DNA from: Nitrosarchaeum sp.
GTDB taxonomy: Archaea; Thermoproteota; Nitrososphaeria; Nitrososphaerales; Nitrosopumilaceae
Assembly (NCBI GenBank): GCA_965223865.1
Contig: OZ245020.1
Span: 992,001-1,056,000 of the forward strand
Length of the DNA: 64,000 nt
Direction: 5' to 3'
Shown: one piece after another, positions 17,655 to 27,486 of the stretch
How positions within the stretch are numbered: the first letter of the stretch is position 1
Layout of the letters: every line of letters starts with the position of its first letter
The notes under the pieces: model-generated
Told to the model about the DNA's origin: nothing
Database searches by the model: none
What the model saw: only the letters and a program-made list of their open reading frames with translations
Position numbers and translations under genes: made by a program

Positions 17655-19823
17655 ATGAAAGTTGCTTTAATTTACAATGAACGAGAAATCAATCCTGAGG
17701 ACGTAATCAATGTCTTTGGGATGACCACCAAAGAACATTATAGTAAAAAGGCAGTTGAGCGTGTTGCAAGAGCTCTAGAAAAAGGTGGACATACAGTCAA
17801 GGTAGTTGAAGGAGACATTCACTTGGCAGATGAGCTACGTGAGTTTATGCCAAAGGTAGTTGCAGGAGACTCTCCAGGAATGGTATTCAACATGGCATAT
17901 GGAATCCAAGGACAGAATCGTTACACACATGTTCCAGCAATGATGGAGATGTTAGGCATTCCATACATAGGATCAGGACCTGCAGGACACGCTATAGTTC
18001 AAGACAAGGTAATGACAAAAATCATCTTACAGAAAAACAATATTCCAACCCCTGGATTCTGGGTTTTCAAAACTGCAGAAGATACTTTTGATGATTTAAT
18101 ATTTCCTGTGATTGTTAAACCAAAACTAGAATCCACCTCGATGGGCATGGAAGTAGTTGACAACTGGGATGATCTGCGCAAGGCAGTAAAGGTGCAGATT
18201 GAAAAATTTCAACAAGATATTCTAGTAGAACAATTCATTTCGGGAAGAGAGTTTGCAGTAGGTATCCTGGGAAACACCCCCAACATCGACATTCTTCCCA
18301 TAGTTGAAATCAATCTAGATAATCCAGATCAAATTCAGACTATAGAGGATAAAAAGAAAAAAGGAGGGGTTGACAAGACATGTCCGGCAAAATTATCCAA
18401 AGAAAAAACAGAAGAGATGAAACAGATGTGCATAGATGCATTCTCATCTTTGGGACTAAATGATTACAGCAGGGTTGATTTTAGGATGGACAAAGATGAG
18501 AATCTTTACATTCTTGAATTAAATTCAATGGCAAGTCTTGGAATGGGAGGTTCACTATTTTACGCTGCACAAACTGCCGGATACACTTATGAATCTTTGA
18601 TCAACAAAATTCTTGATGTTGCAGTAATGAGATACTTTGGCTCATCACAAAAAATCGCAGAAATAGAGCCAGACATGACACAACCATTACGTGTAGTTGC
18701 AAGGACATACTTGCGAGGACATCTGCAAAGCATTAAAGAAACTCTAAGGGACTTGGTGAATCTCAATACTCATGTATATAATATTGACAACGTAAACAGG
18801 ATGGGCAATATTTTATCTCGCAGGCTAAAGCATTTGGGGTTTAATGAATATATTCACAAACAATTTGAGATCGGAGATTTTCGTTTTTTTAAAAATCATG
18901 ATGAATCAGAAAATGATGTCCTGATTGTATCTCATATTGATACTCACTACGGGCCAAATGACTTGATAAACTATTATGAAGATGGTGATAAAATACTTGG
19001 CTCTGGAATAGCTGAAAGCAAGGGAGGTCTAGTTGTGATGCTAGGTGCATTACATGCACTTCGATTTGCAAAGAAACTCCGTAAGGTAAAATGCGCAGTA
19101 CTGTTAACTACTGATGACAGTCTGGGGGGAAAATTTAGTAAGGATCTAGTGCAGCAATATTCTAAAACATCAAGGTACATCATGGGGTTAAAGTCTGCTA
19201 GTAAGGAGGGGGGAATAATTACAACATGTTATGGACGAAATGACTATCAGATTCGCTTTACTGCTCCTAATATAACATCTGCAGACATTCATGGCATCAT
19301 CCCAGTATTAGGCAAGAAAATCTCAGCAATTGAGAAATTATCAAAAGACGAAAAAGACTATCGCCTCAGAACAACTTCCATTGTTGCTCAAGGTTCTCAT
19401 GGTCACACCCCTAATTATGCAACCCTGTCTTTGGTTTCAAGTTACAAGACGCCCCAACTGGGAGACTCGCTTGATTCAAAAATACGAAATATTATGAAAA
19501 AACGAGAAACAGGTGCTCCAAAACTTGATGTGGCAATTAACAGAGTTCAGACAAGACCGCCAGTAATGGAAGAAGAGTCAGATAAGGCCTTTTATGAGAT
19601 GATAGAAGATTTAGCAAAGAGACATGAGATTAAGATAAAACGACACGAACAAATCATGTCTTCAGATATTAGTAATGTGCCTCCTGAACTTCCAGCACTA
19701 GATGGATTCGGTCCAAAGGGTCACAAGTACCGCTCTCCTCAAGAGTATATCATTCATGACAGTATCGTTGAAAGGGCAGCCCTTCTAACATCTGTTATTT
19801 ACAGATGTTTTGAGAAAAAATGA
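17655..19823 (+). CDS. D-Ala-D-Ala-ligase-like ATP-grasp enzyme fused to a degenerate M20 peptidase domain
   Basis: DKVMTK, PVIVKP..STSMG, LVEQFISGREF, SRVDFR, LELNS (ATP-grasp); SHIDT, GSGIAESKGG, LDGFGP.G (carboxypeptidase G2-like fold). Confidence 0.88.
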   Translation: MKVALIYNEREINPEDVINVFGMTTKEHYSKKAVERVARALEKGGHTVKVVEGDIHLADELREFMPKVVAGDSPGMVFNMAYGIQGQNRYTHVPAMMEMLGIPYIGSGPAGHAIVQDKVMTKIILQKNNIPTPGFWVFKTAEDTFDDLIFPVIVKPKLESTSMGMEVVDNWDDLRKAVKVQIEKFQQDILVEQFISGREFAVGILGNTPNIDILPIVEINLDNPDQIQTIEDKKKKGGVDKTCPAKLSKEKTEEMKQMCIDAFSSLGLNDYSRVDFRMDKDENLYILELNSMASLGMGGSLFYAAQTAGYTYESLINKILDVAVMRYFGSSQKIAEIEPDMTQPLRVVARTYLRGHLQSIKETLRDLVNLNTHVYNIDNVNRMGNILSRRLKHLGFNEYIHKQFEIGDFRFFKNHDESENDVLIVSHIDTHYGPNDLINYYEDGDKILGSGIAESKGGLVVMLGALHALRFAKKLRKVKCAVLLTTDDSLGGKFSKDLVQQYSKTSRYIMGLKSASKEGGIITTCYGRNDYQIRFTAPNITSADIHGIIPVLGKKISAIEKLSKDEKDYRLRTTSIVAQGSHGHTPNYATLSLVSSYKTPQLGDSLDSKIRNIMKKRETGAPKLDVAINRVQTRPPVMEEESDKAFYEMIEDLAKRHEIKIKRHEQIMSSDISNVPPELPALDGFGPKGHKYRSPQEYIIHDSIVERAALLTSVIYRCFEKK

Positions 19824-21082
19824 GTCTTGAGTATGAGTTAGCAGCATTAGCTGCACTTATCGGATTGTCTGGTTTTTTTAGTGGACTAGAAGTCGCTTTG
19901 GTAGGTACCTCTCAGGCAACCATTGAAAGGCTCGTAAAAGAAAAGGTAAAAGGTGCAAAATCGCTTCAAAAACTAAAATCAAATCCAGGGTGGATGATGT
20001 CCAGTGTAAATCTTGGAAACAATCTTGTAAACATTGGTTCGGCATCTCTGGCTACTGTGATCTCAATTGAGATTTTTGGAGAAAATGGAGTTGGCATTGC
20101 AGTTGGAATAATGACTTTTTTGGTGATCATATTTGGAGAGGTCACTCCAAAGACATACTGTAATGCAAATGCTACAAAAATAGCGTTACGAAGTAGCGGA
20201 ATTTTACTTGCATTCAGCTATGTGTTTTATCCTGCAGTTTGGATTTTAGAAAAAATTACGCGCAGCATCATTAAAGTTACAGGAAGCGATTATCTGCCAC
20301 CTGCATTAACTGAAGAAGAGATCAAAGGGATAATCGAACAGGGACACAAAGACAAGGCCCTTGAGAAAGCTGAGAGAGACTTGGTTCGTGGAGCCCTAGA
20401 ATTTGATGATAGGGCAGTCAGGTCTGTTATGATGCCCAGAACAAAGATGTTCTGCCTGCACGCCAACGCACCATTAATTGATGCAGCAGACGCCATCCAC
20501 AAAAGTGGTCATTCCAGAATTCCAATCTATGGCAAAGACCTTGATGACATAGTTGGCATATTGCATGTACGGGATATACTCATACATCTAAAAGAGGCAG
20601 AGATCCAAAAGAAGAATCTTAGAGAGTTTGTAAGGGATCCAATTTATGTCTCACAGGAAAAGAGAATGAGCGATTTGTTAAAACAGATGCAGGCCAAGAA
20701 CACCCACATGGCAATTGTGGTTGATGAATTTGGAGGAGTCGAGGGATTAGTTACACTTGAGGATCTTATCGAAGAGATAGTCGGAGAGATTCATGATGAA
20801 ACAGATTCAACAAAACCATTGTATGAGAAAGTTGATGCAAACACAATAATCACAAACGGAGATATTGAAATTGACATTATTAATGAAATTTTTAAAACGA
20901 ACATTCAATATGGTGACAATTATTCTACACTAAACGGGTTACTGCATGAAAACTTGCATGATATTCCAGAAGTTGGAGATGTTGTCAAAATTGATCCTCT
21001 TTCAATAAAGGTTGAAAAAGTTTCAAAAAACAGACCTACAGTTATACGCATTGAGAAAATAAAAAAACCTGAACAGACATGA
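19820..21082 (+). CDS. CNNM/CorB (hemolysin-family) Mg2+ transporter: DUF21 + CBS pair + CorC domain
   Basis: SGFFSGLEVAL, FGEVTPK, VMMPR, GHSRIP, VDEFGGVEGLVTLEDLIEEIVGEI. Confidence 0.92.
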   Translation: MSLEYELAALAALIGLSGFFSGLEVALVGTSQATIERLVKEKVKGAKSLQKLKSNPGWMMSSVNLGNNLVNIGSASLATVISIEIFGENGVGIAVGIMTFLVIIFGEVTPKTYCNANATKIALRSSGILLAFSYVFYPAVWILEKITRSIIKVTGSDYLPPALTEEEIKGIIEQGHKDKALEKAERDLVRGALEFDDRAVRSVMMPRTKMFCLHANAPLIDAADAIHKSGHSRIPIYGKDLDDIVGILHVRDILIHLKEAEIQKKNLREFVRDPIYVSQEKRMSDLLKQMQAKNTHMAIVVDEFGGVEGLVTLEDLIEEIVGEIHDETDSTKPLYEKVDANTIITNGDIEIDIINEIFKTNIQYGDNYSTLNGLLHENLHDIPEVGDVVKIDPLSIKVEKVSKNRPTVIRIEKIKKPEQT

Positions 21083-22728
21083 AAGAGCAGATTGGAATTG
21101 TCGTAAATAGACTTGTAATAGGATTTACTTTTGCATTTGTCTATCAAATAGTAATTGGTGTTGCAACATCTCTGTTGTCATTACCCCTTACTGGAAACAT
21201 ACAAGATTTGATTGCAGGAATAGAACAAATTGAATCCTATCAAGGTTCTTGGTTTATAGCTTGGTGGATTGTCTCTACAATAATAATTACTGCGCTATCT
21301 CTTTTGGTTGTAAAATACAGGAAATACTTTTCTCCTTACAAAGAAGAAAAAAACATAGATCTTCCAACAAGAATTACTGCACTTACGGCCCTTATTGTAG
21401 GTGCAATAATCTCTTTTCTGTTTTTCTTGTTAGATTTGATAATAGGCTCGTTGGTAAAAATAGGTACTGCTACAGACGTACAAGCAATCTATCAAGCTGC
21501 AACTGCAGGTGATTTTACTCCTCTTACAGTAAGCATTGTGTTTTCTATACTTGCAGGATTTATCATAGTTGGGGTAGTCAGCAAAACTTCCAAAGTTTCA
21601 GAGATTACCCGTGAGTTTGGAATAAATGAATTTACGCGGTTTTCTAAAATCATAAGCAAGAAGAAAGAAGATAACAGAACCACAATTGCCGATACCATCG
21701 GACTTAGACCTGGAGAACTTGTACATGTAGGAGAAAGAAAAGTAGACAAGACTCGAATAGACCTTATTGAATTTGATGAAAAAGACATCAATGAAATCAA
21801 GGATGCATCAATTAAGACGTGTTTAGAATCTAAAAGTAAATCCAATATATCATGGATAAACATCATTGGAATACATGATCCTGACATCATCGGAAAGTTT
21901 GGAAATGCGTTTGGCCTACATACTCTACACCAGGCCAACATAATGAATACAGAGTTGAGACCATCCATTGAGATCTCCGATGAATATATTCATCTTATGC
22001 TAAAGATGCCGCACTTTAGCGAGGAAAAAGGAAAAATTGAGCTTGAACACATATCGCTTGTCATAGCACAAGACCATCTTTTGTCGTTTCAGGAGATTGA
22101 GCAAGATTTCTTTGATGGAATTCGAAAGAGACTAAAAGAGAATCTTGGCACCATTAGAAAACGTAAGACCGATTATCTAGCATATGCATTAATTGATGCA
22201 ATTGTTGATAGTTACTTTGTCATCCTTGAAAAAATTGGTGACATAACAGAAAACTTAGAAGATGAACTGATGTCCGATCCTAATCCTAGTACCTTGCAAA
22301 CCCTTCAGCTATTGAAACGACAAATGATTCTGCTTAGAAAATCTGTTTGGCCTGCAAGAGAAGTGATAGACAGTCTGCAACGCAGTCATGCTGTTCTTAT
22401 CTTTGATGAAACAAAGACGTATCTGAGAGACTCATACAATCACATAGTCCAAGTAATAGACACTATTGAAGGATTGCGTGATGTAATTGGTGGAATGGTA
22501 GATACCTATCTTTCCAGCGTAAGCAACAAAATGAATGAGGTGATGAAGACACTTACTGTCATTGCCAGCATATTCATTCCCATAACCTTCATTGCTGGGA
22601 TATATGGTACCAATTTTAGCTATGTTCCAGAATTAGAATGGGAGGGAAGCTATTTTGTCATGCTTGGTGTAATGATCATAATAGTTGCGGTAATGGTGTC
22701 GTGGTTTAAGAAAAAAAATTGGATTTAG
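21079..22728 (+). CDS. corA: CorA-family Mg/Co transporter with extra N-terminal membrane domain
   Basis: GLRPGELVHVG, DYLAYALIDAIVDSY, MNEVMKTLT..IFIPITFIAGIYGTNF..PEL.W. Confidence 0.9.
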   Translation: MKEQIGIVVNRLVIGFTFAFVYQIVIGVATSLLSLPLTGNIQDLIAGIEQIESYQGSWFIAWWIVSTIIITALSLLVVKYRKYFSPYKEEKNIDLPTRITALTALIVGAIISFLFFLLDLIIGSLVKIGTATDVQAIYQAATAGDFTPLTVSIVFSILAGFIIVGVVSKTSKVSEITREFGINEFTRFSKIISKKKEDNRTTIADTIGLRPGELVHVGERKVDKTRIDLIEFDEKDINEIKDASIKTCLESKSKSNISWINIIGIHDPDIIGKFGNAFGLHTLHQANIMNTELRPSIEISDEYIHLMLKMPHFSEEKGKIELEHISLVIAQDHLLSFQEIEQDFFDGIRKRLKENLGTIRKRKTDYLAYALIDAIVDSYFVILEKIGDITENLEDELMSDPNPSTLQTLQLLKRQMILLRKSVWPAREVIDSLQRSHAVLIFDETKTYLRDSYNHIVQVIDTIEGLRDVIGGMVDTYLSSVSNKMNEVMKTLTVIASIFIPITFIAGIYGTNFSYVPELEWEGSYFVMLGVMIIIVAVMVSWFKKKNWI

Positions 22729-22738
22729 TGTTTGATAG

Positions 22739-23530
22739 ATGACCAACAAAGCAATGCAACGTGCATATGAAATTCTTGAAGGCACTACTGATGACAAACT
22801 TGCAAAAGGATTTCAGATTTTTATCATATCCTTGATTGCAATAAATGTTCTATTTGTTATCATTGAAACTGAAGAATCGGTTTTAGATGAGTATGGTTAT
22901 CTTTTTACTCCCTTTGAAGTTTTTTCGGTAATAATTTTCACAACAGAATACATTGGAAGAATAATTGTCTGTAGGTTAAATCCAAAATATGAGAAGAGCA
23001 GATATGCAAGACTCCGATTTGTCTTTACCCCGATGATGTTAGTTGATTTGGCTGCAATATTGCCATTCTTCTTGCCGTTTGTAGTAACAGATCTTAGGTT
23101 CATAAGAATAATCAGACTCTTGAGACTATTCAGGCTGTTTAAGCTTGCCAGATATTCTGATCCGATGCAAACACTTGGCGAGGTATTCAAGGCAAAAGCA
23201 GGAGATCTTTCCATTGCATTTTTTATTCTTTTCATAGTGTTGATCTTTGCATCAAGTTTGATGTATTATGCAGAAAATGAATCTCAGCCAGAGATATTTT
23301 CTAGCATTCCTGCATCAATGTGGTGGGGAATTATCACATTAACTACTATAGGATATGGAGACACATACCCAGTAACAGTGTTAGGCAAGATAGTTGGCGG
23401 GGCAGTAGCCGTTCTTGGCATTGCAGTTTATGCCATTCCTACAGGCATCATGGCATCTGCATTTACTGAAGAATTACGCAAAAAAAGACAAAAGAAACGA
23501 ACATGCCCTCATTGTGGCAAGGAGATCTAA
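22739..23530 (+). CDS. Voltage-gated potassium channel (6TM) with C-terminal CPHCG
   Basis: S4 RFIRIIRLLRLFRLFKL; filter TTIGYGD. Confidence 0.93.
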   Translation: MTNKAMQRAYEILEGTTDDKLAKGFQIFIISLIAINVLFVIIETEESVLDEYGYLFTPFEVFSVIIFTTEYIGRIIVCRLNPKYEKSRYARLRFVFTPMMLVDLAAILPFFLPFVVTDLRFIRIIRLLRLFRLFKLARYSDPMQTLGEVFKAKAGDLSIAFFILFIVLIFASSLMYYAENESQPEIFSSIPASMWWGIITLTTIGYGDTYPVTVLGKIVGGAVAVLGIAVYAIPTGIMASAFTEELRKKRQKKRTCPHCGKEI

Positions 23531-23535
23531 AAAAA

Positions 23536-25167
23536 TTGGACATAAAAAAGATTGAAAACTCGTTTATCTCAACGTCTGACAAGAAATTTTCTTATGCAAA
23601 ACATGGCATGGTTTCCAGTGCGTTTCCTGATGCAACAAAGGCAGGAATTGAAATACTAAAGAAAGGAGGAAATGCCATAGATGCTGCATGTGCTACATCT
23701 ATTGCATTAGGTGTTTGTGAACCTCAAGCATCGGGCATTGGAGGACAATCCATGGCGATTTTACACATCAAAGGAAAAACAATCGCAATCGACGGGTCTA
23801 GCAGATCGCCTTCTCTTGCACATTCATCTATATTTCAAGGAAAGAGACCAAGATTGTTAGGATACAAGTCCACTACCGTTCCAAGTACTTTGGCTGTTAT
23901 TGGGTATATCCATGAGCGATATGGTGAATTAGAATGGCCAAAAATAATCCAACCAGCCATTAGAATTGCAAAACACGGTTACAAGATAACCAAACTCCAA
24001 CATGACTTGCAGGAAAGAGAGCTTGAAAATTTCTTGAAGATTAAATCAAAGTCAGGAGCAAAGTATTTTCTCAAAGACGGTCAAGTGCCTTATGATGTAG
24101 GAGATAGATTCATTCAAGAAGAGTTGGCAGATACTTTACGAAATATTTCAGAGCACGGATATAGAAGTTTCTATCATGGTCAGATTGCTAAAACAATCCA
24201 CAACGACATGAAAAAGAATAAAGGATTGATAAGAGACGAAGACCTGGCATTCATTCCCGAACCAATTGAAAGAAGACCAATCAGCAGATACTATCGCAGA
24301 ATAAACGTAGTAACCATGCCACCGCCTGCTGCCGGAAGAACCTTGCTTTTAACACTGATGATGCTTAATCATTTACCATCAAAATTTTTGAGAAGTTCAA
24401 AACCTGTTTCTTATCATTTTGTTGCAGAAACATTCAGAAAGGCGTTTTTCCATAGAGTGCAACGACCATTTAATCCTCATACATATCATCAAACTCAAGA
24501 TACGGTGCATTTGGCAAGAAGTTTTGCCAAACAAATGGCCGAATCCATTCACAGTACCATGGATGCTACTTTGCCCATGACTGATCCTGAATTTGGTGGT
24601 GAAGATACAACTCATCTCTCAGTAATGGATGATGAAGGCAACGCAGTAGGAATCACACAGTCAATTGAGTTGGCATATGGTGCAAAAACTGCTGCAGATG
24701 GATTGGGATTCCTTTACAATAATTACATGTCCGCATTTGAGTATACTAATCCTAACCATCCTTTTTTTATCAGGCCCAATGCCATTCCTTGGACGTCGGT
24801 TTCACCTGCATTTGTATTCTATGGGGGCAAGTTATGGATGGTAGTAGGCAGTCCTGGAAGCCAAAGAATATTTTCAGCTATAAGTCACTTTATCTCTAGA
24901 ATGGTTGACGGAGAACTACCAATGAGTGAAGCAATTCAGAGACCAAGGTTTCATTGCTCAATTGGAGGAACAGTAAGCTATGAGGATGAAGGATTTGATG
25001 ATAAAACATTGGACTATCTTACAGGAATAGGATATACTATTTCCAAGAAGGAGAGATGGTCGTTTTATCATGGGGCAATTCATGCAGTATTAAAATGTCA
25101 AACCAGAGAGGGATTTCAGGGTGTTGCAGAAGTAAGACGTGATGGAACAGCAGAGGGATTAAATTAA
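23536..25167 (+). CDS. ggt: Gamma-glutamyltransferase-family Ntn hydrolase (cytoplasmic, atypical pocket)
   Basis: GGNAIDAA, EPQASGIGG, nucleophile TTHLSVMD, GSPG, PRFH; TTG start 5 nt after the K+ channel stop; no signal peptide. Confidence 0.88.
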   Translation: MDIKKIENSFISTSDKKFSYAKHGMVSSAFPDATKAGIEILKKGGNAIDAACATSIALGVCEPQASGIGGQSMAILHIKGKTIAIDGSSRSPSLAHSSIFQGKRPRLLGYKSTTVPSTLAVIGYIHERYGELEWPKIIQPAIRIAKHGYKITKLQHDLQERELENFLKIKSKSGAKYFLKDGQVPYDVGDRFIQEELADTLRNISEHGYRSFYHGQIAKTIHNDMKKNKGLIRDEDLAFIPEPIERRPISRYYRRINVVTMPPPAAGRTLLLTLMMLNHLPSKFLRSSKPVSYHFVAETFRKAFFHRVQRPFNPHTYHQTQDTVHLARSFAKQMAESIHSTMDATLPMTDPEFGGEDTTHLSVMDDEGNAVGITQSIELAYGAKTAADGLGFLYNNYMSAFEYTNPNHPFFIRPNAIPWTSVSPAFVFYGGKLWMVVGSPGSQRIFSAISHFISRMVDGELPMSEAIQRPRFHCSIGGTVSYEDEGFDDKTLDYLTGIGYTISKKERWSFYHGAIHAVLKCQTREGFQGVAEVRRDGTAEGLN

Positions 25168-25193
25168 AAAACACATCACAACCACTGCCTATT

Positions 25194-25961
25194 TTGTTAT
25201 CCATTCCACATGGAGGAACACAAAAACCATCAGAGCTTGACGGACATTTGTGTATCGCTGACAGAGACATGTTTGATGATTCAGATCCATTTGTAATTGA
25301 GATTTATGATCTAGGGGAAAAAGTGCAACAGGTGATTAAGACAGACATTGCAAGGGCCTTCGTTGATCTTAACCGCTCTTTGCAAGATCTTCCACCAAAA
25401 AATCCTGATGGATTGATAAAAAGCACAACTTGCTATCAAAAACCCATTTACATAAAAGGAAAGGAACCCGATGAGGTATTAACTAATACTCTAATAGAAA
25501 TGTATTACAAACCATATCATAAGAAAATTCAGAAAAGTATTCATGAACTGGATTTGCAACTTTGTTTGGATTGCCATTCTATGGCATCGATTGCACCTAA
25601 CATTTCCCCAGACGGGAACAGTAAAAAAAGACCCATGTTTTGTCTTTCAAATCAAGATGGTAAAACATCATCAAATGAAATGATCAATATTTTAGCTGAA
25701 TGCATCTCTGAATCTTTTTCTGTTAGCAGAAATGAAATCGCTCTAAATGATCCGTTTCATGGAGGATACATCACAAAAACCTACGGCAACAACCCAATTC
25801 CATGGATCCAGATTGAGATGAATAGAGATCTATATTTATCAAAAGAGTGGTTTGACTATGAAACTCTAAGCGTTGACAATAAGAGATTAACTGCTTTAAA
25901 CCTCATGTTCAAAGATACGCTAGGTAAATTTTACAACAAATGCTTCAATGGCGAAGACTAA
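25194..25961 (+). CDS. N-formylglutamate amidohydrolase family protein
   Basis: SIPHGG, RAFVDLNR, YYKPYH, LDCHSM, N.PF.GGYIT, IQIEMNR.LY; homology (LPILL) continues upstream of the TTG, so the true start is uncertain. Confidence 0.88.
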   Translation: MLSIPHGGTQKPSELDGHLCIADRDMFDDSDPFVIEIYDLGEKVQQVIKTDIARAFVDLNRSLQDLPPKNPDGLIKSTTCYQKPIYIKGKEPDEVLTNTLIEMYYKPYHKKIQKSIHELDLQLCLDCHSMASIAPNISPDGNSKKRPMFCLSNQDGKTSSNEMINILAECISESFSVSRNEIALNDPFHGGYITKTYGNNPIPWIQIEMNRDLYLSKEWFDYETLSVDNKRLTALNLMFKDTLGKFYNKCFNGED

Positions 25962-26210
25962 ACAAGAAAAGGCAATTGAGATTGAATTTTTCCAATGCTG
26001 ACAACATTATCTTTTTTGGAATTTGCAGATAATTATTCAGAATTTGACTTTATAGTACTTGGCAGTATAATAGTTGTTTTGAATATTGACATGTATTTAG
26101 TAGGACCTATCTTTCTAATCAAGAAGATTTGCAAACGTCATATGTACCTAGACCCATCATTAAAACAAACAAAAGATTAACAGATGCATAAATTGCTCTA
26201 AAAAATACTA

Positions 26211-27206
26211 TTATCCTCTATCAGTTTCTCCAGCAATGTCTCCTACAATCTCCTCTAAAAGATCTTCAACAGTTATAATTCCTTGTAGTTGTTCATCTTC
26301 ATCTAAAACAATTGCTACATGACTAACATTTTTTTTAAGGTCTACTAGCAACTCACTGATCTTTTCATTTGAAAAAACAAAAAATGGTTTTCTGGCAATC
26401 TTGCCTATCTTAGTTCTCTTGTATTCTTTTTCGGCAAGTCTAGCAATGTCCCATATGTGTAAGACTCCTACAATGTTTTCAGAAGTGTTTGAAAAAACAG
26501 GGATTCTAGAGAATCTCTTTTCTTTTATCTGTGGGAAAACCTCAGATAACAGGCTCTCAGCATTCAGCGAAAAAATATTCTTTTTTGGAGTCATTACATC
26601 AATGATTGGTTTGTCGTCAAATTCGAGTGCCTTGTGCACTAGATCATGCTCTTCACGTTCTATGGCCTTCTCAGATAATCCTAAATCTACTACCTCTTTG
26701 ATATCTTCCTCTGTAATTGGTTTTGGGGATGCAGTTCCTCCAACTAATTTTAAAAATGCTTTTGTCAAATACTCCAAAAACAAAACAAATGGATACATCA
26801 CATAAGTAAATGCAAGAAGAAAACTGCTAAAATACAAGGCTACTCTTTCAGACTGAATGTTAGAGTATGTCTTGGGCAAAATCTCGCCAAACACCAATAT
26901 TACAAAAGTCATTATTCCAATGGCAATTCCAACACCCTGATTGCCTAGCAGTTTAATGGCAACATCAGCTGCCAACACAGAAGAAGCTACATTGACCAAT
27001 GTGTTTCCTAAATTTACACTTGAGGTCATACGGCTTGGGTTTGTCTTTAGTTTGTATAGTGCAGACGCGCCTCTGATTTTTTTACGATACAATCTCATGA
27101 CTTTGGAACGTCTTGTACCAACGATAGCAATTTCAAGTCCGCTAAAAAGTGCATATAATCCAATAAGAATCAATATTGCAATGATCTCAATCTCCACATA
27201 TTCCAA
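26211..27206 (-). CDS. Second CNNM/hemolysin-family protein (DUF21 + CBS, no CorC tail)
   Basis: FSGLEIA, FGEILPK, FSRIPV, EDLLEEIVGDI; paralog of 19820-21082. Confidence 0.9.
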   Translation of the reverse strand: MEYVEIEIIAILILIGLYALFSGLEIAIVGTRRSKVMRLYRKKIRGASALYKLKTNPSRMTSSVNLGNTLVNVASSVLAADVAIKLLGNQGVGIAIGIMTFVILVFGEILPKTYSNIQSERVALYFSSFLLAFTYVMYPFVLFLEYLTKAFLKLVGGTASPKPITEEDIKEVVDLGLSEKAIEREEHDLVHKALEFDDKPIIDVMTPKKNIFSLNAESLLSEVFPQIKEKRFSRIPVFSNTSENIVGVLHIWDIARLAEKEYKRTKIGKIARKPFFVFSNEKISELLVDLKKNVSHVAIVLDEDEQLQGIITVEDLLEEIVGDIAGETDRG

Positions 27207-27486
27207 TTAAAAATCGACAGATTTTTGAGAAGTTAAATGATATTTAAAATATCATAGGTGAAATTGATTGCAAATATTCCATCAAGGAATTGAGGGACGC
27301 TTTTTGGTCACCTTTCTGCTTTGCCTAACAGGTTTTCTCTTTTTTTGAATTCGCTTGTTTATGGTCTTTCCTTTAAGCTGGGATTTATGCCGTTGAGATA
27401 TTCTCATCTTTTCTTTTTCTTGGACCTCCTCGATTTTTTTACTATAATTTTTAGAACATCAATTTCATGTTTTGAGAATTTCATTT

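Noticed and set aside
17655-18650. Calling the ligase ddl (peptidoglycan synthesis)
   Set aside because: Archaeal context, no mur genes, omega-loop Tyr absent, and fused to an M20-like domain.
25995-26180. 61-aa hydrophobic ORF after the amidohydrolase
   Set aside because: Could be a small membrane protein, but there is no motif or other support to call it.
27243-27485. Short Lys/Arg-rich minus-strand frames downstream of the USP remnant
   Set aside because: Composition follows from T-runs on the plus strand; no homology evidence.
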